A stretch of 64,000 bases of DNA from an uncultured Phycisphaerales bacterium. GTDB lineage: Bacteria > Planctomycetota > Phycisphaerae > Tepidisphaerales > Tepidisphaeraceae. This document shows, piece by piece, positions 20,739 through 30,638 of the stretch. Position 1 is the first letter of the stretch. Every line of letters starts with the position of its first letter. A program made the position numbers and the translations under genes. The DNA is taken from contig CAVWVQ010000003.1 of NCBI GenBank assembly GCA_963758525.1, forward strand, positions 2,944,001-3,008,000. The letters are read 5' to 3'. Below the pieces are notes generated by a model. The model worked only from the letters and a program-made list of their open reading frames with translations. It searched no databases and was not told the origin of the DNA.

Positions 20739-21541
20739 TAGACCTTCAAGAACTGAACAAAGTTCCGAACGATCCGTTCGCCCAAGCGGGCATATCGCGG
20801 GTAGTAGCGGCCGGTGTCCTGGCGAATCTGACGTTCCCCATTGGCCGGGAGCGCCTTCGACACGTCGTCTTTACCGGCAGACAGTATCTTCTCAATATCC
20901 GGCTCGGTCAATTCAAAGTGATATTGGAAACCAAACAGGCGGTTTTTGAAGCGAAAAGCCTGATTCTTGCAGGATTTTGACGAACTCAGCAGCGCGTTGC
21001 CGCTCGGCGGGGGCGGCGCGGGCGGCGGCGGCGCGTGGGGCGGCGCGGGAAGGCGCGGCAGATCGAACGTGTCCACGTGCCAGTGAAACATCATTGCGCC
21101 GTCCGTCATTCCCATCACTATCGGCTCCGTGCCGCCGGGAAAGGGGAATGTCACAGGGAGCCAGCCGAACTCCGGCGCGGGCGTGGCCGGTTCATCGGGC
21201 TTGGACCCGGCCTTGGTATTGGGATACACCTTGGCGCCGGCAGCGTGTGCGATCAGCTGCGCTCCCATGCAAATGCCCAGAGTAGGGCGATCCTGGGCGA
21301 TGCATCGTTGCAGCAACGCAACTTCTTTGGCCAAAAAGGGATATTTTTCGTTCGCCAGGTCCGCGACGCCCATCGGGCCGCCCAGGACAATGAGCACCCG
21401 GATGCCGTCGAGGTCCGCGGGAACTTCGTCCCCGTTGTAAAGGTGTCGCACTTCCACCGGAATTCCGAAGTCGCGCAAAATCGGGTCTAAACGTCCCGGC
21501 CCCTCATGCGCTACATGCTGAAGTACGATCGCTTTACTCAT
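20735..21541 (-). CDS. Type 1 glutamine amidotransferase
   Basis: LQHVAHEGPG, LGGPMG, LGICMGAQL, HWH.DTF, GFQYHFE. Confidence 0.9.
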   Translation of the reverse strand: MSKAIVLQHVAHEGPGRLDPILRDFGIPVEVRHLYNGDEVPADLDGIRVLIVLGGPMGVADLANEKYPFLAKEVALLQRCIAQDRPTLGICMGAQLIAHAAGAKVYPNTKAGSKPDEPATPAPEFGWLPVTFPFPGGTEPIVMGMTDGAMMFHWHVDTFDLPRLPAPPHAPPPPAPPPPSGNALLSSSKSCKNQAFRFKNRLFGFQYHFELTEPDIEKILSAGKDDVSKALPANGERQIRQDTGRYYPRYARLGERIVRNFVQFLKVY

Positions 21542-21705
21542 TGACGCGGATATTCACGGAGGCGTGATGGAGTTGTCAAGTTTAAGGTGAACTGATGTAT
21601 CGGCCCGGCAGGAGAACCTATTCGCGATTTTGGGCGCCGTGCCAGTGGCGAATCCGAGCGTGGCGGCGCGCTTGCCCTTGCCGCGATTGTTTTTCGCTGG
21701 CGTCG

Positions 21706-22998
21706 ATGTGCTTCGCGATCTTGTGGAGCGCGGCCTTCGTGCGCGCAGCGGATTCGCCGCTCGAACAAGCGCGCCGGGAAACGCTCCATCCCTTTCATGG
21801 GCCGACGACGCGCGGCGTCGATTGCACGGCCCTCGACGGCAAAGTCATGTGCGGCTACCAGGGATGGTTCAACACGCCCGGCGATGGGGCCAATCGCGGC
21901 TGGGTGCACTGGACCAAAAGCGCCGGAGCACTTGCCGACGGCAACGCAAAGGTGGATCTGTGGCCCGATGTGTCCGAACTGAGCCCCGCCGAGCGCTTTG
22001 CCACCGGCTTTATGCTTCCCGACGGCAAACCCGCCGAGGTCTTCAGCTCCTATAACCTCCAGACGGTGCTCCGCCATTTCGAGTGGATGCGCGAGTACGG
22101 GATCGATGGCGCGTTCGTCCAGCGGTTTGCCGGCGGATTGAGCAACCCGCGCGTGCTCCGCACGACAAACTCCGTGTTGGACCATTGCCGCGAAGGAGCC
22201 ACTCGCAGCGGCCGCGCGTATGCCGTGATGTACGACCTGAGCGGACTGCGGGCCGGACAGATCGATCAGGTGATCGACGACTGGAGAAGCCTCCGCGGGC
22301 GCATGCATATCACCGACGACCCGGCGTATCTGCATCACCGCGGCAAGCCGCTGGTTGCGGTCTGGGGCATTGGGTTTTCAGACCATCGCGAATACACGCT
22401 GGAAGATTGCCGAAAACTGATCGATTTCCTGAAGAACGATCCGGCCGCCGGCGGATGCTGCATCATGCTCGGAGTCCCAACTCACTGGCGTGAGCTGAAA
22501 GGCGATGCGGTCGCCGATCCGCAACTGCTCGAATTATTGGCCAGCGCCGACGTGATCAGCCCATGGACCGTCGGACGCTACCACACACCCGCCGATGCCG
22601 TTCGTTACAGCCAGCATATTGAGACGCCTGACATTGCCTGGTGCGCGGAACGCAAGGTGGACTTCCTCCCCGTCATCTTCCCCGGCTTCAGTTGGCACAA
22701 CATGAAAGGCGACCCCCTCAACGCCATCCCGCGCTTGCAGGGCGAGTTCTTCTGGAAGCAGTTCTGCCAGGCGCGCCTCGCCGGCGCCAGGATGGCGTAT
22801 GTCGCGATGTTTGACGAAGTGGACGAAGGGACGGCCATCTTCAAATGTACGAACGATGTGCCGGTCGGCACGCAGTCGCAGTTTGTCACGTATGAGGGGT
22901 TGCCCAGCGACTATTACCTCAAGCTTGCGGGGCAGGGGGGGAAGCTGATTCGCGGAGAAATTCCGGTGACGGATGCGCCGCCGGGGATGAGTCGTTGA
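21706..22998 (+). CDS. Secreted GH71/GH99-like glycoside hydrolase (xylosidase-like); start could be 21595
   Basis: GYQGWF, HF.WM.EYGIDG..VQRF, MYDLSG, PGFSW, YVAMFDEVDEGTAI. Confidence 0.85.
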   Translation: MCFAILWSAAFVRAADSPLEQARRETLHPFHGPTTRGVDCTALDGKVMCGYQGWFNTPGDGANRGWVHWTKSAGALADGNAKVDLWPDVSELSPAERFATGFMLPDGKPAEVFSSYNLQTVLRHFEWMREYGIDGAFVQRFAGGLSNPRVLRTTNSVLDHCREGATRSGRAYAVMYDLSGLRAGQIDQVIDDWRSLRGRMHITDDPAYLHHRGKPLVAVWGIGFSDHREYTLEDCRKLIDFLKNDPAAGGCCIMLGVPTHWRELKGDAVADPQLLELLASADVISPWTVGRYHTPADAVRYSQHIETPDIAWCAERKVDFLPVIFPGFSWHNMKGDPLNAIPRLQGEFFWKQFCQARLAGARMAYVAMFDEVDEGTAIFKCTNDVPVGTQSQFVTYEGLPSDYYLKLAGQGGKLIRGEIPVTDAPPGMSR

Positions 22999-23163
22999 GT
23001 GTCCGCGCAAAGAGCCTGCTAAAAGCACTGCAACGCGAGCAGAGGGCAACTACCGCGCCCGGGCCCTCTTTTCCCCTCCCCTGAAGTACCAGGGGAGGGG
23101 GAAAGAGCGATAGCACATCCGCAACGTTGCGTGCCGCGTTCCACGGCGATTATCATCACCAAC

Positions 23164-23397
23164 ATGACCGTTCAGACTTTTCGAGAAATGCTAGCTCGAC
23201 GTCCTTTCCAGCCGGTCAAGCTGACGCTCTCAAGCGGGCAGTCGTTCGAAATACGCCATCCCGAGATGGCGATGCTGACACGTACTAGCATCTTGATCGG
23301 CACGGATCTGGCTGAAGATGGGGTGCCCGCGGAGTTCAAGATCGTCTCTCTTCCGCATGTTACCTCGGTCGAGCCGATGTCGCCGCAGGCCGCGTGA
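23164..23397 (+). CDS. Small conserved planctomycete-type hypothetical protein
   Basis: M..L..RPFQP..L.LSSG.SFEIRHPE pattern. Confidence 0.7.
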   Translation: MTVQTFREMLARRPFQPVKLTLSSGQSFEIRHPEMAMLTRTSILIGTDLAEDGVPAEFKIVSLPHVTSVEPMSPQAA

Positions 23398-23450
23398 GAA
23401 TCCCCGCGTCACATTGCGGCGATCATCGACCGACGTACAATTCCGCGCCG

Positions 23451-24098
23451 ATGTTTCGACATGTCCCTAATGCCCTGACGGCCGGCCGGCTGCTGCTGGC
23501 CGTTGTCTTCTTCGCCCTGCTGGGGTTCTACCAGTACGAAGGACGCGGCGACCCAAGCCTGCTGAACATCGCATTCACGATCTATGTGGTCGCGCTGATC
23601 ACCGATTTCCTTGACGGATACCTCGCCCGCAAATGGAAGGTCGAAGGCGCGTTCGGACGAGTCGTCGATCCGTTTGTCGACAAAGTGCTGGTGCTCGGCA
23701 GCTTCATCATCTTCGCCGGCAAAAATTTCATCATCCCCGACGTCGGGCACCAGGTGGTGCGCACCATCACCGGCGTCGCCCCATGGATGGTGGTGCTCAT
23801 CCTCGCCCGCGAATTGCTCGTGACCAGCTTTCGCGGCATGAGCGAAGGGGGCGGCCAGAATTTTGGCGCGGCGTTCAGCGGAAAGCTCAAGATGGTTTTT
23901 CAGTCAGTCACCATTCTTGTCATCCTGGTCTACGTCAACTACTTTGCCGGCAGTCACGGCCGATCGGGAGAGGCCGGTTTCCGCTACTTCCGCGACTTCT
24001 GCATCTGGGCGACTCTCGTCGTCACCGTGGTCAGCGGCCTGCTCTACGTGCAAAGAGCCGTCGCAATGTTCCGCCAGAGCCAGTCGCCAAAACCTTAA
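23451..24098 (+). CDS. pgsA: CDP-alcohol phosphatidyltransferase (PgsA-like)
   Basis: PNALT..R, TDFLDGYLAR...FG..VDP..DK, RELLVT, GKLKM. Confidence 0.85.
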   Translation: MFRHVPNALTAGRLLLAVVFFALLGFYQYEGRGDPSLLNIAFTIYVVALITDFLDGYLARKWKVEGAFGRVVDPFVDKVLVLGSFIIFAGKNFIIPDVGHQVVRTITGVAPWMVVLILARELLVTSFRGMSEGGGQNFGAAFSGKLKMVFQSVTILVILVYVNYFAGSHGRSGEAGFRYFRDFCIWATLVVTVVSGLLYVQRAVAMFRQSQSPKP

Positions 24099-24116
24099 CC
24101 AGAAAAAAAACGACGA

Positions 24117-24980
24117 ATGACCATTTTTCAAATCGCGATCCTCGCGATCATCCAGGGCCTTGCGGAATTGCTTCCAGTTTCGAGTTCCGCTCACGTCATT
24201 GCCGTGGCGAAGCTGATGCGTCTGGATCCTTCCTCGCCGCAGTTCACGCTGCTTCTGGTGATGCTTCATACCGGGACGATGTTTGCCGTCATTCTCTATT
24301 TCTGGAGGGCCTGGAAGCGCGCGTTCTTTTCGTCGCGCGAGCAGACCGTGCAGTTTCTCCGCGTCGTCGCGATTGCAACGATCGTGACCGGCGTGCTCGG
24401 ATTTGGATTGAAGCTGGGCATCGAGAAAGTGATCGCACATCAGCGCGGCGTCAAGACCGCCGAGATCGAAGAACTATTCGATCATCTGGAGATCATCGCG
24501 GCGGCCCTGGCTGCTGTCGGCGTGCTGATTCTCGTCGCGGGAATCCGGTCGATGGACCGGCAGGGACGGGAAGAGATCACCGATCAGGATGCCGTCGTCG
24601 TCGGCGCGGTGCAGGGGCTGAGCCTTCCGTTCCGCGGCTTCTCGCGTTCCGGCTCGACCATCTCCGCGGGCCTGCTGCTGGGATTGGGCAAGGCGCGCCT
24701 GGAAGAATACAGCTTTGCCTTGGCCGTCGTTCTCACGCCCGCGGTCGTTTTTCACGAAGCGGGGAGACTGATCAAGTCGCGCCACGAAGCAGGCGGACTG
24801 CCTCTGGGGGCGCACGACTTTATTCCCAGCCTGATCGGCATGGTCTTCGCTTTCCTGGCGGGTCTGGTCGCCCTCAAGGTCCTGTCGCAATTGCTGGAAG
24901 GCGGCAAGTGGTGGATCTTTGGAATCTACTGCCTGGTCGCGGCCGGCGGAGTCTTCGTGATGTATTCCTACGGATACTAA
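24117..24980 (+). CDS. uppP: Undecaprenyl-diphosphate phosphatase
   Basis: QGLAELLPVSSSAH, LH.GT, GFSRSG.TI. Confidence 0.92.
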   Translation: MTIFQIAILAIIQGLAELLPVSSSAHVIAVAKLMRLDPSSPQFTLLLVMLHTGTMFAVILYFWRAWKRAFFSSREQTVQFLRVVAIATIVTGVLGFGLKLGIEKVIAHQRGVKTAEIEELFDHLEIIAAALAAVGVLILVAGIRSMDRQGREEITDQDAVVVGAVQGLSLPFRGFSRSGSTISAGLLLGLGKARLEEYSFALAVVLTPAVVFHEAGRLIKSRHEAGGLPLGAHDFIPSLIGMVFAFLAGLVALKVLSQLLEGGKWWIFGIYCLVAAGGVFVMYSYGY

Positions 24981-24983
24981 AAT

Positions 24984-26102
24984 ATGCTCGACCCTCGCGT
25001 TGAAAAATTAGCGCAGATGCTCGTGAATTATTCGTGCGCGGTGCAGAAAGGGGAGCGCGCCCTGGTCGAAGCGATCGACGTGCCGCACGAGTTTACCAAT
25101 GCGCTGGTGCGCGCGATCAGCGCGGCCGGCGGACTCCCGCTGGTCATGCTCAAGAGCAACCAGGTCTTCCGCGAGATGATGCTCCGCGGCACGCGAGAGC
25201 AGTGGGACACTATCGCCGACATCGAAATGGCCCAGATGCAGCGGGCCGATTGCTACATCGGCGCGCGGGGCAATCCGAACGTCTCGCAGCTCTCCGATGT
25301 CCCCGCCGAGAAGCAGAAGATTTACGAGCAGACCGTCTGGAAGCGGGTGCATCACGACATTCGCATCAAGCACACGCGCTGGTGCGTCCTCCGCTGGCCC
25401 AATCCTTCCATGGCCCAGATGGCCGAGATGAGCACCGAGGCGTTCGAGGACTTTTATTTCAACGTCTGCACGCTCGATTACGCGAAGATGAGCCGGGCGA
25501 TGCAGCCGCTGGTCAACGTCATGCAGCGGGCAGATCGCGTCCGGCTGAAGGGCCCCGGCGACACCGACCTGACCTTCAGCATCAAGGGAATCCCCGCCAT
25601 TCCCTGCGACGGCCGCGTGAATATCCCCGACGGCGAAGTCTTCACCGCCCCCGTGCGCGACAGCATTAACGGCATCATCCAGTTCAACACCCCCACGATC
25701 TACCGGGGCACCACGCACAACGATATTCGCCTGACTTTCCGCGAAGGGCGCGTCGTCGCCGCCACCAGCAGCGAGACCGCCAAGCTCAACGAAGTGCTCG
25801 ATGCCGACGAAGGCGCCCGTTATGTCGGCGAATTCGCCATCGGCTTCAACCCGTACTGCGTCAAGGCGATGAAAGACATTCTCTTCGACGAAAAAATTGC
25901 GGGCAGCATCCACCTCACCCCCGGCTCGTGCTACGACGAAGCATCCAACGGCAACAAGAGCGACATCCACTGGGACATCGTCCTGCGACAAACCCCCGAA
26001 GCCGGCGGCGGGGAAATCTGGTTCGACGACACGCTCATCCGCAAGGACGGCAAGTTCGTCGTTGATGAGTTGAGCGGACTTAATCCGGAGAATTTGATCT
26101 AG
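24984..26102 (+). CDS. Thermophilic metalloprotease family M29 aminopeptidase (AmpS/AmpT-like)
   Basis: NIPDGEVFTAP, GARYVGEFAIG, LFDEKI.GSIH, S.IHWDIV. Confidence 0.9.
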   Translation: MLDPRVEKLAQMLVNYSCAVQKGERALVEAIDVPHEFTNALVRAISAAGGLPLVMLKSNQVFREMMLRGTREQWDTIADIEMAQMQRADCYIGARGNPNVSQLSDVPAEKQKIYEQTVWKRVHHDIRIKHTRWCVLRWPNPSMAQMAEMSTEAFEDFYFNVCTLDYAKMSRAMQPLVNVMQRADRVRLKGPGDTDLTFSIKGIPAIPCDGRVNIPDGEVFTAPVRDSINGIIQFNTPTIYRGTTHNDIRLTFREGRVVAATSSETAKLNEVLDADEGARYVGEFAIGFNPYCVKAMKDILFDEKIAGSIHLTPGSCYDEASNGNKSDIHWDIVLRQTPEAGGGEIWFDDTLIRKDGKFVVDELSGLNPENLI

Positions 26103-26105
26103 CCT

Positions 26106-26251
26106 CGTACCACGGGTTTCCAACCCGTGCCAGCGGCGCTCGCAATCGGAAGACTCCAATTCTGCTTTGATGTTTGATGAAAGAAACGAAAAACGAAAAT
26201 GGGATCGGTAAGTTCTGATGCTGCTCGCACGGGTTGGAAACCCGTGGTACG
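26106..26251. repeat. CGTACCACGGGTTTCCAACCCGTGC REP doublet between convergent genes
   Basis: Perfect 25-bp inverted pair at 26106-26130 and 26227-26251. Confidence 0.85.
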
Positions 26252-26254
26252 CCG

Positions 26255-26905
26255 CTACATAAATCCAAGTGTCAGCATCGCCGATTCGGACATCCGCTCG
26301 CGCGTCCATGGCGGATCCCACACCAATTCGACCTTCGCTTCTTTCACTTCCTGTATCGCATTGACGCGCTTTTCCACGTCGCCGGGCAACGTGCCCGCCA
26401 CGGGACACGCGGGCGCGGTGAGCGTCATCTTTACCAGCACGCTGTTGTCCGGCTCGATCTTAATCTCGTAAATCAACCCGAGCTCGTAGATGTTCACCGG
26501 AATTTCCGGATCGAAGATCTCACGAAGAGCCTCGATGACTTTTCCTTCGAGCAGCTTCTGTTCGATGAATTGCGTCGGATCCGAGGGCGCTGCCACCGCC
26601 GGAAGCGTGATCGTTGACGAGACGAGATTGTCTCCCTCTTTTGGTGCTCCGGGGGAGAATTCATTTTCCCCCTCCCCTGGTACTCCGGGGGAGGGCTGGG
26701 GTGGGGGCGGGCTTGTTTCGAGCTGGGGCGTAGAGATCGGGCGACTTTCATCGACGAGGCCCGCACCCTGACCCTCCCCCGGAGTACCAGGGGAGGGGAC
26801 CAGAGACGACGCGTCGAACATATCACGGAGTTGACTGGCGCCTTCAGGAGCCGTTGCTGCTGGCGGTTGTGCGATCGCTGTTTGTTCGCTCGTCTCTTCG
26901 CTCAT
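26255..26905 (-). CDS. sufT: SUF-associated Fe-S cluster assembly protein SufT (DUF59) with a long N-terminal extension
   Basis: DPEIPVNIYELGLIY, MTLTAPACP.A, VWDPPW; ATG overlaps the sufS stop (ATGA). Confidence 0.9.
   Translation of the reverse strand: MSEETSEQTAIAQPPAATAPEGASQLRDMFDASSLVPSPGTPGEGQGAGLVDESRPISTPQLETSPPPPQPSPGVPGEGENEFSPGAPKEGDNLVSSTITLPAVAAPSDPTQFIEQKLLEGKVIEALREIFDPEIPVNIYELGLIYEIKIEPDNSVLVKMTLTAPACPVAGTLPGDVEKRVNAIQEVKEAKVELVWDPPWTRERMSESAMLTLGFM
26668..26799. repeat. CCCTCCCCTGGTACTCCGGGGGAGGG REP doublet inside the sufT coding region
   Basis: Inverted pair at 26668-26706 and 26760-26799; intergenic siblings at 12015 and 23069. Confidence 0.85.
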
Positions 26906-28659
26906 GATGTCTGTCCAATCGATTGCGCGGCCTGGCGGATGCGTTGAATCATCCCCGCCAGTCCATTGCGCCGTTGTGAGCTGATAAACGCATCCAAGCC
27001 AATCCGGCGGAAGAAGGATTCAACATCATACCCCAGAATCGCGGAAGCTGATTGTCCGCTATACAGAGATTCAAGCAGGGAGATGAGGCCCCGAACGATC
27101 GGCGCATCCGCGTCGGCGACAAATTCGAGAATGTCCACGGTCCCCGGCTTGCGCCGCGGAACCAGGTAGACTTCCGCCATGCATCCCGTCACGCGCGGCG
27201 TCACTTGCTTCAGCAGAGAAAACGTGTCGGGGAGCCGGGCGCCCATCTCCAGCACGTATTCATTCTTGGCGTCGCGATCCTCCAACATGTCAAAGTTTTC
27301 CGCCAACTCCTCGGCGGCGGCTTCGATCGTCGGCGCGGTGGCGGGGGGATAGGTCAGCTCTCCGTTGCCGGCAGGATCGCTGCGCTTTTTCGCGGGCGTG
27401 GCGTTGCGTGCTTCCTGCGTGATGCGGAGCAGACTTGCCACAGCCGCGTCGATCTCCGACCGCACGTTGTAAAACGCCATCGAAATCCGGCTCGTGCCGG
27501 GAATGTTCATTCGCTCCATCAACGGCTGGCAGCAGTGATGGCCCGTGCGCACGGCAATGCCATCGTGGTCCAGTTCCATCCCGATCTGCAAGATCGGCAC
27601 CGGCGGATCTTCAAGCACGAACGAAACGACGGTCGCTTTCGATCGGGCGGTTCCGATGATCCGCAACCCTGGAACCCGCGAGAGACGGTCTGTCGCGTAG
27701 GCGAGCAGCGCGGTCTCATGCGCGATGATCGGCTCGAAGCCAACCGAAGCGAGGTAGTCGATCGCGGCTGCAAGTCCGATAGCGCCGGCGATGTTCGGAG
27801 TGCCTGCTTCGAAACGTGCCGGCGGCTTTGCGTAGAGCGTCTTCTTGAAGCTGACCGACTCGATCATGTCGCCGCCCCCTTGATACGGAGGCATTTTGTC
27901 GAGCAGATCGGCCTTGCCGAAGAGCACGCCGATACCGGTCGGGCCAAAAAGCTTGTGGCCGGAAAATGCATAGAAATCGCAACCGAGTTCGCGAACGTCC
28001 GTCGGATGATGGGCCACCCACTGCGCGCCGTCGATCAGCGTCAATGCGCCCGCCTCGTGAGCCTTGGCGACGATGCGGGCAACGTCGTTGATCGTTCCCA
28101 GTGAATTGGAGACATGGCTGACGGCAACCATGCGCGTGCGCGGCGAGAGCAATCTTTCGTATTCATCCAGTTGCAGCTCTCCAGCATCGTTGATCGGGAT
28201 CACGCGGATGACGGCGCCCGTATCCTCCGCAATCAGTTGCCAGGGGACGATATTGGAGTGGTGCTCGAAAGCCGAAAGAATAATCTCGTCGCCGCTGGTC
28301 AGATGTTTTCTTCCCCACGATGCCGCCACCAGATTGATCGCTTCGGTGGTTCCGCGCGTGAAGACCACTTCGCCCTCGGCCGCATTCATGAATTTCGCGA
28401 CGCGCCGCCGGGCCCATTCGTAGGCGTCGGTCGCTTCCTGGCTGAGCGTGTAGACGCCGCGATGAATATTGGCGTTGTGTTCCCGGTAAAACTGCTCGAC
28501 CGTCTCGATCACAGTGGCCGGCTTCTGCGTCGTCGCGCCATTGTCGAGATAGACCAATGGCTTTCCGCGAACGGTGGTTGAAAGGATCGGAAAATCCTTG
28601 CGATATCGCGACAGATCAGCGTAACGCGTTTCCGGGAGGATGTCAGTTGCTTGTGTCAT
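26902..28659 (-). CDS. sufS: Cysteine desulfurase SufS fused to a C-terminal SufE domain
   Basis: YLDNGATTQKP, SGHKL.GPTG.G, RTGHHCCQPL; then RVTGCMAEV, DADAPIVRGL, SSQRRNGL. Confidence 0.92.
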   Translation of the reverse strand: MTQATDILPETRYADLSRYRKDFPILSTTVRGKPLVYLDNGATTQKPATVIETVEQFYREHNANIHRGVYTLSQEATDAYEWARRRVAKFMNAAEGEVVFTRGTTEAINLVAASWGRKHLTSGDEIILSAFEHHSNIVPWQLIAEDTGAVIRVIPINDAGELQLDEYERLLSPRTRMVAVSHVSNSLGTINDVARIVAKAHEAGALTLIDGAQWVAHHPTDVRELGCDFYAFSGHKLFGPTGIGVLFGKADLLDKMPPYQGGGDMIESVSFKKTLYAKPPARFEAGTPNIAGAIGLAAAIDYLASVGFEPIIAHETALLAYATDRLSRVPGLRIIGTARSKATVVSFVLEDPPVPILQIGMELDHDGIAVRTGHHCCQPLMERMNIPGTSRISMAFYNVRSEIDAAVASLLRITQEARNATPAKKRSDPAGNGELTYPPATAPTIEAAAEELAENFDMLEDRDAKNEYVLEMGARLPDTFSLLKQVTPRVTGCMAEVYLVPRRKPGTVDILEFVADADAPIVRGLISLLESLYSGQSASAILGYDVESFFRRIGLDAFISSQRRNGLAGMIQRIRQAAQSIGQTS

Positions 28660-28788
28660 CGACGGATGTGATTGTAGCCTTGGCTCGGACGCCAATGCTA
28701 CCTTGGGGGCGAAAGCTGCCCTCCCGGACCCCTGAAGTCTGGGGAAAGCGCGAGCCACCTCGGCGGCTACAGAGATCCTGAACGGGTC

Positions 28789-30432
28789 TTAAACGGCAAC
28801 GGGCGCCGCTTGCGACGTGGCATTTGCCGCGGAATCCGGATCGCTCCGCGTGAACGAAAGAAGCAAAAAGAACACAGCCAAGCTTCCATACGCCATCGCA
28901 AATTGGTACGGAACCCGGCGATCCTGAACATCCAGCGTCCAGGGCCAATACATCCGCCCGTCAGGCAGCGCGGAGTGAACAATCCCGAAGAATGACAGCA
29001 GTGCCAGCACGAGCAGAAAAAGGGCCGACGCCCGCACCCGCCGCTGGATCAGCGCGGCGACAAATGCTCCCCAAAGCATTCCCGTGAGCACAAAACCGTT
29101 GCCAAGGGCAAAGATAATCTGAAGCTCCGGCAGCGGCTTGCCCGCGGCGGTCATCAGGCGGTGAAAGTCGTTCTGGGAGACGAGGCTCGGGTCCGTGAGT
29201 TTGATCGTCAGCAGGCGGGCGATCGACGGAAATAATGCAAATACGACCGCTGCGCTTTCTGCCCTGGGGACCTCATGGAACGACTGCTCCATGATGTCGA
29301 CCGCGACGAAAACCAGGATCGGCGCCAACACCGCCCGGGGAATCAGCTCCACGACAAACGGCGCGTACCCGAGGATCCCCGCCATGCCGACGACCACGCC
29401 CGTCAGCAGCGTGTAGCCCGCGCGGCATCCGATGCTCTTGTAGGCTGAATGCCCTATGTAAGGTGTCGTCTGAGCGACGCCTCCGCAGAGCCCGGCAAAG
29501 ATCGTCGTGAACGCTTCGATCAACAGGATTGAGCGGGTGTCGTAGTCGTCGCCTGCCAGGCGCGCACTTTCGACGACGTTGATGCCGCCCATTACTGTCA
29601 GCAGGGCGAACGGGAAGATGAGCGGAAGAAAGCCGATCGCGGCCCGCACGGCGCCGACGAACTGCAGCGTGGGGACGGGCAACTCAAAGTAAAGTTGAGG
29701 AAAATGTGGCGGCGCGAATGTCCCGCCTGCTGCTCCCAGCGGCCCCAGGATGTAATAGGCGATCGTACCGATTGAAACAGCGACCAGTATTCCCGGCAAG
29801 TTCCACGGCAGCCGAATGCGTGCGATCACGGTGTAGATGACGATCCCCAGCGAAATCACGCCCACAATCGGCATTTGAAAGATGTCCACCAGCGGGATCG
29901 TGCCGATCAGAGCCAGCCCGATGCCGGCAAGCGATCCCAGCAGCCCGGCCCGCGGTATCGCCCGGTGGATCGCTTTGCCGAGATACGATAGGAGGAGCTT
30001 GGCAATGCCCAGAAGGATCATGCATGCCATGCCGATGCGCCACGTTTCCAATGCCGCATCGTGCGCCGCCATGCCGGTGGAAGTCAGTCGTTGATACGTC
30101 GGGCCGAGCACGATCAGAGCGATCCCAATGGTCGATGGCGTGTCCAACCCCAGGGGAATCGCGGTGATATCAGTTCTGCCCGTTCGCTTTGCCAGCGAGA
30201 ACGCCATCCATGTGTACACCAGGTCACCAGCCAGCACCCCGATCGCGGTGCCGGGAAACATGCGCGTGTAGACCACATCTGCGGGGAAGCTGAAACCAAA
30301 GACCAGGATGCCCGCGAGGAAGGAGAGGACGGTCAGATTATCGAACATCACCCCGAAAAACCCGTTCAAATCCGCGGCAACGAACCAGTGATAGGCCTTT
30401 GGGGAATTGAGCATCGGTCTCTGTGCTTCCAT
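28789..30432 (-). CDS. Nucleobase:cation symporter-like permease (AzgA/NCS2-related)
   Basis: About 13 TM segments; DLNGFFG..DN, TA.P.G.DTPS, VESA..AGDDY, TTPYIGH.AYK..G.R.GY. Confidence 0.8.
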   Translation of the reverse strand: MEAQRPMLNSPKAYHWFVAADLNGFFGVMFDNLTVLSFLAGILVFGFSFPADVVYTRMFPGTAIGVLAGDLVYTWMAFSLAKRTGRTDITAIPLGLDTPSTIGIALIVLGPTYQRLTSTGMAAHDAALETWRIGMACMILLGIAKLLLSYLGKAIHRAIPRAGLLGSLAGIGLALIGTIPLVDIFQMPIVGVISLGIVIYTVIARIRLPWNLPGILVAVSIGTIAYYILGPLGAAGGTFAPPHFPQLYFELPVPTLQFVGAVRAAIGFLPLIFPFALLTVMGGINVVESARLAGDDYDTRSILLIEAFTTIFAGLCGGVAQTTPYIGHSAYKSIGCRAGYTLLTGVVVGMAGILGYAPFVVELIPRAVLAPILVFVAVDIMEQSFHEVPRAESAAVVFALFPSIARLLTIKLTDPSLVSQNDFHRLMTAAGKPLPELQIIFALGNGFVLTGMLWGAFVAALIQRRVRASALFLLVLALLSFFGIVHSALPDGRMYWPWTLDVQDRRVPYQFAMAYGSLAVFFLLLSFTRSDPDSAANATSQAAPVAV

Positions 30433-30514
30433 GGTTCGTCGCGCCGATTGGCGGGGAGAGCGTAGTGCTTTCCGGACCGCATGCAACGCTCCACGCCCAG
30501 CGCTGGGGCGCGCC

Positions 30515-30593
30515 ACCCTCTCTGCGCACTACCCCCTCTCCCGGTGTTCCGCGGGATTGCGGGAGAGGGGTAGTGCGCAGAGACGGTCGTGCA
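30515..30593. repeat. CCCTCTCCCGG..GGGAGAGGGG REP variant sharing the GCGCAGAGACGGT tail with 1821-1886
   Basis: Hairpin TCTCTGCGCACTACCCC..GGGGTAGTGCGCAGAGA. Confidence 0.7.
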
Positions 30594-30638
30594 TCCCCGC
30601 GCTGGTCACACTCCGCGCGCGGCTGTAAAAAAGAAGAA

